Positions 32,006 to 40,546 of a stretch of 40,546 nucleotides of DNA are shown here, in pieces; position 1 is the stretch's first letter; each line of letters starts with the position of its first letter. Origin of the DNA: Planctomycetota bacterium (GTDB lineage Bacteria; Planctomycetota; SZUA-567; H5-PLA8); assembly GCA_043801885.1 (NCBI GenBank), contig JAZDLP010000087.1, forward strand, positions 1 to 40,546. Reading direction: 5' to 3'. The notes under the pieces are model-generated. The model did no database searches. It was not told the origin of the DNA and was given only the letters and a program-made list of their open reading frames with translations. Both the position numbers and the translations under genes were made by a program.

Positions 32006-33109
32006 TCAGGCGATAGACGGCTCGCTCCACGCGCCCGCCGTATTTTTGTAAACTGCCGCGCCGACGCGATCTGCAACACCCACTCCGAATTCGAGGAAGA
32101 GCATCGCGCCTTCGAGAGGGAATTGTTTGATGGGGAATTGACGCCCGCTCATTAGCACCGCGCCGAGTCCGTAGTCCGCCGATTGGCGGATCTTCAGCGG
32201 ATTGCGCGCGTCGCCTGCGCCGTAGGACTTGTAGACGCCCCAAAACGCGGTTGGAATACGCGCGTTGGCGATCACCTGCACCTCGCCGTAGACACTCGTT
32301 TCAATTGCGCCGATGAATTGGCTATCCACCGCTGCAATATCCGTTTGTGTTCCGTAGCGAATCAGAGTTGCACCGCGCTTGACCCAACCAGTCACATTGG
32401 TTGTGTTGCTCCACGAACCGGTATCCGCCTGCGCGATCAGTAGTGTGAACGGCGCGTCGTATCCATGTTCCCACAGATTCGCAACTGCCGCTTCGAGCCC
32501 CGCTTGCGAGATTCCGTTGTACGGGGCGATGTGATCGTGCGAAGAGGCAAACGCTGACGCTCGCTCAGGGCGATTGACCGGGATATATGCGCTATCCGCA
32601 GTGCCAGCATCCGCCAACGGCATGGACTTGCCGCTCGCGCCGACCGCGTCATACGTGCCCTTGAACAGACGCGACAAAACCGCGTTCTGGAATTTGTCTT
32701 TGAGATCCGCGATGGCACTATCGACATTCGCATCGAGTTGTGCTGACCGCGCGCTCCGCAGATAATCCCACGTCCAATCCAGCATCCGGTCGTAGCCGAT
32801 CAGTGGCAACATCGTGCCGGTCGTTACCGCGCGCTTGCCATCCGGCAGTCCGTACTCAGTGTGCGGCTGAAAGCCGTTCGACACACCGATTTGGTATTCC
32901 AGCGACGCCTCGTCAGTCGTCGAGCAGAGCGATGCGACCAGAGGGTCAGCCATCAGCCCTTGATTGGCGATAGACAATGCCGAGGCAAGATCGTTCAGAT
33001 ATTCGTCGTACGTTCGCCCGTCCTTGAGCGTCAACTGCGAAAGGTACGCAGTATCAAACCCAGCGGGCAGGGCGATTTGCTTCAGGTCGTTTGGACCAAG
33101 AGTAGCCAT
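32006..33109 (-). CDS. major capsid protein
   Basis: 367 aa, downstream of the scaffold and decoration-like genes. Assigned by position and size; the family was not identified. Confidence 0.7.
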   Translation of the reverse strand: MATLGPNDLKQIALPAGFDTAYLSQLTLKDGRTYDEYLNDLASALSIANQGLMADPLVASLCSTTDEASLEYQIGVSNGFQPHTEYGLPDGKRAVTTGTMLPLIGYDRMLDWTWDYLRSARSAQLDANVDSAIADLKDKFQNAVLSRLFKGTYDAVGASGKSMPLADAGTADSAYIPVNRPERASAFASSHDHIAPYNGISQAGLEAAVANLWEHGYDAPFTLLIAQADTGSWSNTTNVTGWVKRGATLIRYGTQTDIAAVDSQFIGAIETSVYGEVQVIANARIPTAFWGVYKSYGAGDARNPLKIRQSADYGLGAVLMSGRQFPIKQFPLEGAMLFLEFGVGVADRVGAAVYKNTAGAWSEPSIA

Positions 33110-33141
33110 TTTATTTTACTCCATTTGAGATTTCACAAGCC

Positions 33142-33576
33142 CTAGACGGACTTGATTGCGACTTGCGGATTGACGTACACGGTCGATGCCGATTCCGCAA
33201 TGCCAACGATACACGATTTCGTGCCAACAACGGTCGAGAGACGCCCAACGGTGTCACTCAGCCAGATGTTCGCACCCGGCGTCATGGACGAGAACCCGGT
33301 AACGGGACCATGTGTCACGACATCAACGGGATCGCCCAGCGCGATGGAAGTCGCGCCAGGATTCGCCGGGTTGCCAGCAACGGCAAGACCCCAGCAGACC
33401 AAGAGCGCATCAACCGCGCTCGCGTCAGCCTTACTCACGTTCGGAATGTTGCCCGTCGCAGAGTCGATGTAGATGGGATCACCGAACGCAAGGGCTTCGG
33501 TGGCTTTCGCACGTCTGATGATCGCGCCGCCCAGCGGTCGCACATCAGCAGTGGTTACGGTAACTTCGTTTGCCAT
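33142..33576 (-). CDS. DUF2190-like head decoration/cement-like protein
   Basis: 144 aa, Gly/Ala/Val-rich and beta-looking, between the scaffold and capsid genes. The pattern is recalled from DUF2190. Confidence 0.5.
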   Translation of the reverse strand: MANEVTVTTADVRPLGGAIIRRAKATEALAFGDPIYIDSATGNIPNVSKADASAVDALLVCWGLAVAGNPANPGATSIALGDPVDVVTHGPVTGFSSMTPGANIWLSDTVGRLSTVVGTKSCIVGIAESASTVYVNPQVAIKSV

Positions 33577-33593
33577 TTTGTACCTCTCTCTTC

Positions 33594-34229
33594 TTAGATT
33601 TTGAGACGCGGGAAACGCTGGAGGAGTTCTTTCCTCTTCGCATCCGCATCAGTACCAGAATTCACGGTGGTCGAGTTCGTCGCGGGCAAGGTGGGCTTAG
33701 CTTGCGCCAACAGGTGTTCATTCTCATTGGCAAGTTTTTCGAGCGCCGCGTCCAGTCCGACAAACTTGTCGCCGTCCTGAGTTACGCCAGTCAAATCCGC
33801 CAGCAAGTACGCCTGATCGGGCTTGATGAAAGCGCGCTTGCCCTTGCCCCACTTTGCTTGTGCCGCTTCGCGTTCGATGGCTTGTCGCCGCAGGAGTTGG
33901 CTTTGCTTTTCCGTCAAATCCTTCAGCGCCGCATCGCGTTCCGCAATCTGGTTTTTCAGTTTGTCGACTTCGGATAATTCGGCGTCCTTCACCGCCTTAT
34001 CTTTTGCCTCACGGTCAGCAACGATTTTCGCAAGCCGCTTATTTTCTTTAGCCAGGGCTTCCTCGCTAGCACGCTGCTTGCGGATCGTCTCCAATGCGCG
34101 TTCCTTGTCAAAGGTCTCTTCGACTGCTTGCGCGTTTTCGTTCACGGCGGCATCCGCCGTTACTTGCGCCGCGCCTTGCGCGGTTGCACTCTGGACGCCT
34201 TGCGCCGTTGTGCTGGTTGCGTCTGTCAT
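33594..34229 (-). CDS. scaffolding protein
   Basis: 211 aa, highly charged and coiled-coil-like (AKEKLR-rich), directly upstream of the capsid genes. Confidence 0.65.
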   Translation of the reverse strand: MTDATSTTAQGVQSATAQGAAQVTADAAVNENAQAVEETFDKERALETIRKQRASEEALAKENKRLAKIVADREAKDKAVKDAELSEVDKLKNQIAERDAALKDLTEKQSQLLRRQAIEREAAQAKWGKGKRAFIKPDQAYLLADLTGVTQDGDKFVGLDAALEKLANENEHLLAQAKPTLPATNSTTVNSGTDADAKRKELLQRFPRLKI

Positions 34230-34248
34230 CTCAATTTGTCCTTTCGTG

Positions 34249-34288
34249 AAAATAAAAAACGCAGGTTAACTTTTTCGAGTCAACCTGC
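34249..34288 (-). terminator. intrinsic terminator inside the late operon
   Basis: The minus-strand RNA reads GCAGGUUGAC-UCGAAAAA-GUUAACCUGC. That is a 10-bp stem with one G-U that would be C-A on the other strand. It is followed by GUUUUUUAUUUU. Confidence 0.7.
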
Positions 34289-34356
34289 GAAGTGCTTTTG
34301 AGTGTCGCAGTCGCCGCGCGGTTTTGCCGCGCCGCGTATGTGGTTGTAGAATCGGT

Positions 34357-34551
34357 CTATCCCAAGATTTCCCTCTTCGCTTCGATCATAGCGATAATCG
34401 CCAATCCCGCCGCCGTCACTTCCAGCCACACGATTATCGGCTTGTCACGGAGCGACCGCAAACGCAGAATCAAATTCCGTTCCGCCGCGCTCACGTCTAA
34501 AGTGATTCTACCACGTTCCAGAGACGGTGTCAATTGAGTCGCATTAATCAT
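34357..34551 (-). CDS. hypothetical protein (64 aa)
   Basis: ORF track; 8-nt overlap with the upstream gene. Confidence 0.45.
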   Translation of the reverse strand: MINATQLTPSLERGRITLDVSAAERNLILRLRSLRDKPIIVWLEVTAAGLAIIAMIEAKREILG

Positions 34552-35182
34552 TTTGGAATATGAATTCGCACAAGCAATTGGTGAGACATTGCTGTGATCC
34601 GATTGGTGGAAGAGTTCCTAGCGGTTGCCAGCCCTTTGCTGCCTGCTCGATACATCCATCGCAATGTTCCGAGCCGTGCATCATACGTCGCTCCTGTTTC
34701 ATTCCGCGCTCATCCATTGCTGCACGTTCCGATTCCGCGAATGTCGCATTGCCCGCCTTTGCGTACATCTGTACCCGTTGCATGAACTGCCCGTTCAATT
34801 TCTGCTTACCCGATTCGATTTGTCCGATCATGTTGTTGAATCGGTTGTATTGGTACCGCAGGCGTCCGCCGACTTGCCCGTAAGAGGCTTGCGTCATCTG
34901 CGCCCAACCACCCTTTGCCGCCGTTGCCTGCGAGACGTGTAAGACTTTCAACTGTTGCATCGTTGCAACTCGATAATCGGCAACGGATATTGTTTTGGCT
35001 TTCAGCTGCTCCGCAAGCCCCAGCATCGCATTGCGCGACTTGGTGACCTGCCGCGTCGAGATGGATTTGATCGTTTGGCGCGGTACGAATTTGCCAGTCT
35101 TCAGGCTGACGTAGCGGTTCGCCGTTGTGTTGTAGCCGTATTTCGGCGTGCTAGGATTGCGCTTGACGTTTGGGTTCGGCAT
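34544..35182 (-). CDS. head morphogenesis protein (MuF / SPP1 gp7-like)
   Basis: Lies after the portal. The C-terminal Cys cluster HCDGCIEQAAKGWQPLGTLPPIGSQQCLTNCLCEF is as recalled for gp7/MuF-family proteins. Confidence 0.55.
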   Translation of the reverse strand: MPNPNVKRNPSTPKYGYNTTANRYVSLKTGKFVPRQTIKSISTRQVTKSRNAMLGLAEQLKAKTISVADYRVATMQQLKVLHVSQATAAKGGWAQMTQASYGQVGGRLRYQYNRFNNMIGQIESGKQKLNGQFMQRVQMYAKAGNATFAESERAAMDERGMKQERRMMHGSEHCDGCIEQAAKGWQPLGTLPPIGSQQCLTNCLCEFIFQND

Positions 35183-35318
35183 CGGTTATCGGCACGGCAT
35201 TGAGCAGCGCGGCAAATTCCGCGTCGAGCATCGCCATTTCCTCGTCAGTTAGTTGCACGGCGTCGGCAGTCGTCAGTCGCGCAATCTCTTCGTCGGATAA
35301 AGCAATAGGTGGTATCAT
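35151..35318 (-). CDS. possible small acidic protein (55 aa)
   Basis: Not in the track. The ATG forms ATGA with the portal stop. Translation begins MIPPIALSDEEIARLTTADAVQLTDEEMAMLDAEFAALLNAVPITDAEPKRQAQS. It overlaps the next gene by 32 nt. Confidence 0.35.
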   Translation of the reverse strand: MIPPIALSDEEIARLTTADAVQLTDEEMAMLDAEFAALLNAVPITDAEPKRQAQS

Positions 35319-36802
35319 GTCGGCATCACCAGTTGCTCATTCGGCATAGATTCGTAAATCGCGCCAATGTCCTCGTCGCTCCATCCGTTGCGCGCGAGAT
35401 AGGTTTCGAGCGGCAGACCCGCTGCGACTGCCTGTGCTGCCGCCGTCCAGAACGGCACAGGATTCTCGCGGTCATCTGCGCGCGTGGTCAGGGGTTGCCA
35501 TTGCGTTTCCAAAGTTTCGTTTTCATCCAGTCCGCCCGCGCCGAATACGTTAATCAATCGCCGCGCCATTGCGAAACAATCCTCCCAGGAGTTACCGAAC
35601 ATCGTTTGAATCGCGCCAATGCGCGCGAGCATCGGCGCTTCGAGTTGCTTCTGCGTCCCCTCGGCGGGGATCTGCGCATTTAATTGGAAACGTGCAGCGG
35701 GGATATCTTTCGCCTGCGCGATCCAGGCGATGGCTTTGTCGACAACCGACACTAACGGAGCAGGATCAATCGGCGGCTCACGCAGTGCATCTACCTCAGT
35801 GCGTGATTTCGTGGTCCCGATGATCGTATTCGGTTTGAGTTTCAGCCGATTCGAGCCATCCGATTTTAAGTCCCTGCCATCGCTCGTTGGGTAGAATCCA
35901 AAGAACTTCCAGATAGGAAATCCGTGCGTATCGTTCGATTCAACCAAGTCAACCAGTGCGTGGTTAATCACGTTTTGCATCGAAACGACCGTGCTGTCAA
36001 TCTCGCACTTGCGCCCGCGATTGCAAAAATGGATGATCGGTATTCCGAGTGGTGCGCCTGTGCCGTCCACCCAGGGGACGAAGCCGCGCGCATCTACTGA
36101 TTCAGGGATGAATCCCAATACGCCGCCGGCGTCGATGATCTGTACGTTGTCACGTACCGGCGTCCATTTGCCGCGATCTAGCACATATCGCTCGAAATGG
36201 TCTGGGTAGTAAAGTGTCATTCGTTGCCGTGCGGTCGTCATGCCGTTTTTGCCGATCATTGTTTCCGCCCAGCGTTTGGCAACGTAGAGCATCGGCTGTG
36301 TCTCATCGTCGTTTGGGTAGAATGCCTTGCAGCCGAATCCGCTACCATCATTTGTTGTGTCACAGAATCGCGGATGGGGATTGAAGCGAGGAAGTCCACT
36401 GGAATCGAGGTCAACGAATACGAACGATTCGCCATCGCGCAGGGTGTTCTCGTAAATTGAGGATTCTTTCGCGTCGAGGCGATTTGCCGCCCACCATTCG
36501 CCCGCTAGCGTGCCGAGCGATTCGTCGCTTGAAGTGAACGAATCAACGTGCATCCGGTCCGTGAGCGCGTAAACCACCTTGTCGGAGACATTCAGATGCA
36601 GGAGTTGATTCGGGTCAGGCGCACCGGAGAGGTCTAGGATTTCGCGCAGGCGCGCAGATAAGTACGCGTACTGTTCGCCATCGAAGTATTTGCGTGCGCG
36701 GACAATCGCTTTCTGACGGTCGTTTTCCTCTTCATCCGCCCAACTCGCCCACGCGAGCGCGAGCGCGACTTGTGCGTTTTCATTCGCTGCGATTTCCAAC
36801 AT
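35315..36802 (-). CDS. portal protein
   Basis: 495 aa, immediately downstream of the large terminase. Confidence 0.8.
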   Translation of the reverse strand: MLEIAANENAQVALALAWASWADEEENDRQKAIVRARKYFDGEQYAYLSARLREILDLSGAPDPNQLLHLNVSDKVVYALTDRMHVDSFTSSDESLGTLAGEWWAANRLDAKESSIYENTLRDGESFVFVDLDSSGLPRFNPHPRFCDTTNDGSGFGCKAFYPNDDETQPMLYVAKRWAETMIGKNGMTTARQRMTLYYPDHFERYVLDRGKWTPVRDNVQIIDAGGVLGFIPESVDARGFVPWVDGTGAPLGIPIIHFCNRGRKCEIDSTVVSMQNVINHALVDLVESNDTHGFPIWKFFGFYPTSDGRDLKSDGSNRLKLKPNTIIGTTKSRTEVDALREPPIDPAPLVSVVDKAIAWIAQAKDIPAARFQLNAQIPAEGTQKQLEAPMLARIGAIQTMFGNSWEDCFAMARRLINVFGAGGLDENETLETQWQPLTTRADDRENPVPFWTAAAQAVAAGLPLETYLARNGWSDEDIGAIYESMPNEQLVMPT

Positions 36803-36823
36803 TTATTTTACTCCACGCTCCCG

Positions 36824-38077
36824 CTATCTCGCCCTGCCGACAAAGTTCTGGTATTGTTCACCGATCAATTCCGTGCAACTCCAAACGTGCGCATCCATTC
36901 GTCCAGGCGATGGGTCGCCTGGTTGCCATTGGCACTGCTCATCTTCCAAGTAAAAGAATGTCCCAACGTGATGCTCTCGCCCCTGCTCGCAGATTGCGCT
37001 GATCGGCTCGGCGCGAATCGCCTTGCCGCGCGACGCGCTAACCAATTTGACCGGTACATTCGCATCGACTTGGTTGATAACCGTCCGTACCATTTCGCCG
37101 CCGAAATTCTGCTCGGCTACGATGTAATTCGCTTTGAGTTTGTAGTAGAGCGTAATCGCCGCTCTTGCCCAAACATCGGGCGATGCCTGCAAACTTGCGT
37201 CCTCTAGTGTGTAGATATGGATCGCGTCGCCAATCCGCGCGCTGCCATTTGCAACGATTCCGCATTCGTCGCCCGATCCCGCCTTGCTACCGCTTGGGTC
37301 AACACCGACGACGATGTGCTCCAGTTCCGGCGCGCGCGTTACGCGGTTTGCCTCAATGTCCGCTCGCTTCCACAACGCGCCCGGCGAGTCCTCTTTGTCC
37401 TCAGCTAGAATCTCTTGCTCATATGCCAGCCGTGTCATGTCGCGCGTAATGTCAATCAATGCCTCTTTGCTAATGTGTGGATTCTCGTGCGATGCGAAGT
37501 GAAACGCCTGCCAGCGCCCTGTTGTATTCTCTTGCGCCCGCTTGAACAATTTCGCCGCGTGCCGCTTGTCATGCGCCTTTGATGCACTTGACGTTCGCAG
37601 ACTTGGCGGCGTGTAGATGAACACGGCGTCACCGTTATTATCCAGGAGCATTGGCGCACCTACCACGCCCCAAGCATCTTCGTCCATCAACTGAAACTCG
37701 TCCAGTATCAATAGGTCGCCGTAATCACCGCGTAGGGTGTTCGCGTTCCATGCCGTTTTTGCACGAATCCGATTGAGTGTGCGTGGCACTTCAATCACGT
37801 GTTCTGTCTCGTTTTTGTAAAGAGCTTTGGCGTCGATGGGTGCTGCCAACGCGCTAGTCACTTCGTACCAGAATCGTTCGATCTGGTCAGCCGTCGGCGT
37901 CGCATACAGAACGCGCCGATGGTCTAGGAATGCTTTGATGGCAATGATTGCCGCGCCGACGGTTTTACCGCCGCGTCTGCCGGCGCGGATGATGCGCCGC
38001 TTTGCCGTACTATCGATAAACTCCCGCTGCCGTTCGTGCGGTCGCGGCAAATGAATCGTGAAGTCATCATTTGTCAT
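36824..38077 (-). CDS. terL: terminase large subunit
   Basis: Walker A AGRRGGKTVGAA, Walker B LLILDEFQ, and nuclease-domain VGVDPSGSKAGSGDECGIV. Confidence 0.9.
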   Translation of the reverse strand: MTNDDFTIHLPRPHERQREFIDSTAKRRIIRAGRRGGKTVGAAIIAIKAFLDHRRVLYATPTADQIERFWYEVTSALAAPIDAKALYKNETEHVIEVPRTLNRIRAKTAWNANTLRGDYGDLLILDEFQLMDEDAWGVVGAPMLLDNNGDAVFIYTPPSLRTSSASKAHDKRHAAKLFKRAQENTTGRWQAFHFASHENPHISKEALIDITRDMTRLAYEQEILAEDKEDSPGALWKRADIEANRVTRAPELEHIVVGVDPSGSKAGSGDECGIVANGSARIGDAIHIYTLEDASLQASPDVWARAAITLYYKLKANYIVAEQNFGGEMVRTVINQVDANVPVKLVSASRGKAIRAEPISAICEQGREHHVGTFFYLEDEQCQWQPGDPSPGRMDAHVWSCTELIGEQYQNFVGRAR

Positions 38078-38387
38078 CGTAAACGACGTGCATCGTTATC
38101 ACCCCGGTCGCCTCTACGCCCATCGGCTCGCTGCGCGCCATCAGTTCGCGCAGAATCGCCGCGTTGCCGAGCGCCGCTTGCCGATACGCCGCCGCGACCA
38201 CGGTTTTTTTCCAGCATGTTCCGTCAGGCAAGCCCGCAATCGCCGTGATGTCCCTTGGCGTTGCTGTCTCGCCGTAGGAACGAATCAACTCAGCCCAAGA
38301 CGTGCCGAGCGGCGTCATAGTCGATTTGCGCTTGATTCCCTTCTGGCGTCCCTTTTCGAGATTTGCCTTCGATTTTTCGCTAACCAT
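38067..38387 (-). CDS. terminase small subunit (putative)
   Basis: 106 aa with a basic N-terminus. It overlaps the terL start by 11 nt. Confidence 0.5.
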   Translation of the reverse strand: MVSEKSKANLEKGRQKGIKRKSTMTPLGTSWAELIRSYGETATPRDITAIAGLPDGTCWKKTVVAAAYRQAALGNAAILRELMARSEPMGVEATGVITMHVVYDDK

Positions 38388-38412
38388 ATCCTAAATTTTC
38401 CCTAACCGTGCG

Positions 38413-38443
38413 ATTATGCCGATTCGATGCGCTCACACGTCAA
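38413..38443 (-). promoter_or_regulatory. weak candidate promoter upstream of the terminase genes
   Basis: The minus strand reads TTGACG (38443..38438), a 19-nt spacer, then CATAAT (38418..38413). The spacer is longer than optimal. Confidence 0.25.
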
Positions 38444-38457
38444 GCCGAGCGCGGAAA

Positions 38458-39057
38458 CTATGCGTCAACAGGTACCAAGTTTCTCCAATCGCACAAACTA
38501 GCAACCACTGATTTATCAATAATCACAAATGGATCACACGAACCATTTGCACTACGGCGATTCAAATCTGTCACTTCGTTTCTAACCGCAAATTCTTCGA
38601 CAAGTGACGCGACAAACTCATTCTTGCGAACAGGTGGAATAAAAATCGTTCTGATTTTCGGCAACCGACTAACCCAAAAACCAAACTCTTGACTGTTGAC
38701 GCGGCAGACATATAGGCAATCTATGAATCTGCGTTTTTGTAAATGAATCAGTAAGGGCAAAACCTCGAGCGACAAATCGGAATACTGTTTGCTTGAATGG
38801 GTCTTGATCTCGAACTCGAATATCCGATTGCGCCCAATCGCTAAACGGTCTGCGCGCCCACGTACATACAATGCCGAAATACTATGTGACTTAATCAATA
38901 AATCTTGGATTGTCTGCGGCAATGTTTCGTGATATGTTTGTGCGTGAATACTATAACCACACGCCTGAATGTAGTTGACCGCAATGTCTTCTAGTTTTGC
39001 GTGTGGCTCAAAAGACGGGTCAATTCTTGGCGATGCGACTTTTTGCGATGTTAGCAT
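38458..39057 (-). CDS. PD-(D/E)XK-type nuclease candidate (restriction-endonuclease-like)
   Basis: GRADRLAIGRNRIFEFEIKTH gives a D-x12-ExK motif. GC is about 42% in two hand-counted 60-nt lines, against about 55% in flanking genes. Its start overlaps the MTase 3' end by 38 nt. Confidence 0.5.
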   Translation of the reverse strand: MLTSQKVASPRIDPSFEPHAKLEDIAVNYIQACGYSIHAQTYHETLPQTIQDLLIKSHSISALYVRGRADRLAIGRNRIFEFEIKTHSSKQYSDLSLEVLPLLIHLQKRRFIDCLYVCRVNSQEFGFWVSRLPKIRTIFIPPVRKNEFVASLVEEFAVRNEVTDLNRRSANGSCDPFVIIDKSVVASLCDWRNLVPVDA

Positions 39058-40111
39058 TGTCCTCGTCTATTTCGATACCGATTGAATTGCGATTCAGTTG
39101 ATGCGCGGCAATCAGTGTTGTGCCTGACCCTGCAAACGGGTCTAAGATTGTATCGCCCTCGTTAGTCAAATGTTCGATGTAATAGCGCGCCTCTGCGTCG
39201 CTTTGTTGCCAGTCGTGATCGTCTTTAGTTGGCAAACTCGATTCGATTAGGTCAGAGACAAAATCGAGGTTGCCGCCGCGCGTGTCTTTTACAAACCACA
39301 GCATCGGCTTCCACGCCACGAAAACATTGACACCAGTCAGCCGCGCCGAGTTTCCGTTGTGCTTGCAGCACAGTGTCCACCAGTACCGCAAATGCGGAGT
39401 CATTAGATTTAGTATTTCTGGAATGGCATAATGCCCGGCATAACAAATCAGACTGCCGCCCGGCTTCAAAACCCGTGCCGCCTCACGCGCCAAGTCCTCA
39501 TACAACGGAATGGATTCTCTGTCATAGGGCGGATCGGTAAAAACGAGGTCAACGGAATTGTCTGGAATGTCTTTGACGCGCTCCCGAAAATCGCCCACTC
39601 GCAAATCAACACCACAGGGCAACGCGACTGACTTGCCCGCCTTTGCGCGCTTCGTCCGCTCCGCTTGTTTTCGCTCGCTCTTCGCAACCCCCAAGACAGT
39701 AGTTGTAGTCAGCTCTTTTTCTTTCCCGAGCTCCTCCGCAATGGTCGTTTCCAGCTTTGCTTCGGGTAGTTCTCCCATTTGTTGAGTCCGCGATGATTCG
39801 TTTCGGGTTATTCCAAGTTCGTCCAACGTAACCGTAACTGTCCCATCTTGGGACAGTTTGGGTGTTTTCCCCTCTCGCAACTCGCCTGATTTCTTCATCT
39901 GTGCGAGTATCTGACCCTCTTTCCATTGCGCCTTGATCTTTATTTCGGCGGCATTATTCTGCGCTTCTAATCCAAGTCCCGCCTTGCGCGCGTACTGCCT
40001 AGCCGCCTCGGCTAGGTTTGCAACCTGTCGAGCGTCTGACACGGTTTTGATCTCTGCTAGCATCCGCGTTGCTTCGGTCAGTTTTGTTAAAGTGCCATTA
40101 CCGTTACTCAT
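39020..40111 (-). CDS. DNA methyltransferase (beta-class amino-MTase) with ~170-aa N-terminal DNA-binding-like extension
   Basis: VFTDPPYDR (motif IV) precedes ILDPFAGSGTTLIAA (motif I). The N-terminal region is AEIKIKAQWKEGQIL...LDELGITRNESSRTQQMGELPE. SD is GAGGTTGAA. Confidence 0.85.
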   Translation of the reverse strand: MSNGNGTLTKLTEATRMLAEIKTVSDARQVANLAEAARQYARKAGLGLEAQNNAAEIKIKAQWKEGQILAQMKKSGELREGKTPKLSQDGTVTVTLDELGITRNESSRTQQMGELPEAKLETTIAEELGKEKELTTTTVLGVAKSERKQAERTKRAKAGKSVALPCGVDLRVGDFRERVKDIPDNSVDLVFTDPPYDRESIPLYEDLAREAARVLKPGGSLICYAGHYAIPEILNLMTPHLRYWWTLCCKHNGNSARLTGVNVFVAWKPMLWFVKDTRGGNLDFVSDLIESSLPTKDDHDWQQSDAEARYYIEHLTNEGDTILDPFAGSGTTLIAAHQLNRNSIGIEIDEDNANIAKSRIAKN

Positions 40112-40204
40112 TTCAACCTCTGCATTGAATTCTCTGACCTTATTCAGACTGGCAGGCGATTCAGAGTTATCGCTTTTCGGGTGTACTGCCCTAGCCAGTC
40201 TTAG

Positions 40205-40396
40205 TTATGCCGCCTTGTTCGTTCCGCAGCGCGGCGTCCGCGCCCGAAATCCGTACCAGTGCGAGTTTTCCTCTTGCACGAGTTTCCGCAATTCGGATTG
40301 CAATAAGTCGAATAATTCTCCCTTATCGGGATTCGTTTCTGTGATGACCGCGGTGAGATTCAGCGTGGCGAACCAAATCAATTCCTCTTGGGTCAT
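40205..40396 (-). CDS. hypothetical protein (63 aa)
   Basis: ORF track; ATGA overlap with the upstream open frame. Confidence 0.45.
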   Translation of the reverse strand: MTQEELIWFATLNLTAVITETNPDKGELFDLLQSELRKLVQEENSHWYGFRARTPRCGTNKAA

Positions 40397-40546
40397 GATT
40401 TTCCACGTGACAGATACAATTTGACCAACTCTAAATCAATCAAGTCGATTTCATTGGCGAGATACTTTTTCATATCGGGTTCTCTCTCTCGCCAAAAGTC
40501 GCGGCAGAATGATTCTTTCATCCCGCGCAAAACGTCGCGGCGGCGC
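40393..40546 (-). CDS. 3' end of a gene entering from the right edge (or short ORF starting at ATG 40521 or 40473)
   Basis: The minus-strand frame is open from the window edge to TGA at 40395..40393. Translation: ...RRRDVLRGMKESFCRDFWREREPDMKKYLANEIDLIDLELVKLYLSRGKS. Confidence 0.4.
   Translation of the reverse strand, partial: RRRDVLRGMKESFCRDFWREREPDMKKYLANEIDLIDLELVKLYLSRGKS

Noticed and set aside
1-40546. Possibility that the window is a circular genome cut inside one gene. The minus-strand frame leaving at position 1 continues in frame with the open frame entering at 40546.
   Set aside because: An in-frame match has a 1-in-3 chance of arising by accident. There is no terminal direct repeat. 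The fused product (about 114 aa) would be too short for the PAPS-reductase-like family suggested by its N-terminus. Flanking sequence or read mapping across the junction is needed to decide.

Overview
The window reads as a near-complete, tightly packed genome or prophage of a siphovirus-type tailed phage. My hand counts give about 55-58% GC. Almost every gene is on the minus strand.

Late operon (minus strand, about 40.5 kb down to 14.6 kb), in transcription order:
- a beta-class DNA methyltransferase and an overlapping low-GC PD-(D/E)XK nuclease
- small and large terminase, portal, MuF-like protein, scaffold, decoration-like protein and major capsid protein
- neck genes interrupted by a free-standing HNH-AP2 homing endonuclease
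- two paralogous tail-tube-like genes
- a G/GT tail chaperone with a canonical -1 slippery heptamer that I verified codon by codon
- tape measure, Dit/Tal-like and fibre-like proteins
- an atypical lysis-region cluster: XhlA-like protein, metallophosphoesterase, HTH protein, DUF1937-like protein and a holin-like protein. I recognised no endolysin.

Early operon (minus strand, about 12.9 kb down to 0): a pentapeptide-repeat protein, ERF recombinase, VRR-NUC-like nuclease, SNF2 helicase, RNase H-like protein, a second methyltransferase, many small ORFans and four membrane proteins.

Only two units are on the plus strand:
- A five-gene ORFan cassette (13265..14489). It is driven by a near-consensus promoter arranged back-to-back with the leftward early promoter.
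- A membrane-protein moron (26210..26518). It sits antisense in the tail operon, exactly between the GT chaperone stop and the tape-measure start.

I recognised no rRNA, tRNA, CRISPR array, integrase or repressor.

Best candidates for something new:
- the divergent-promoter switch, with interleaved inverted repeats and structured leaders, plus its ORFan cassette
- an 11-copy TTGCCAC(C/T)A iteron-like array at 670..1086
- the antisense membrane moron
- the methyltransferase plus low-GC nuclease pair upstream of the terminase

All family assignments come from motifs read in the translations and from memory. No database search was run.
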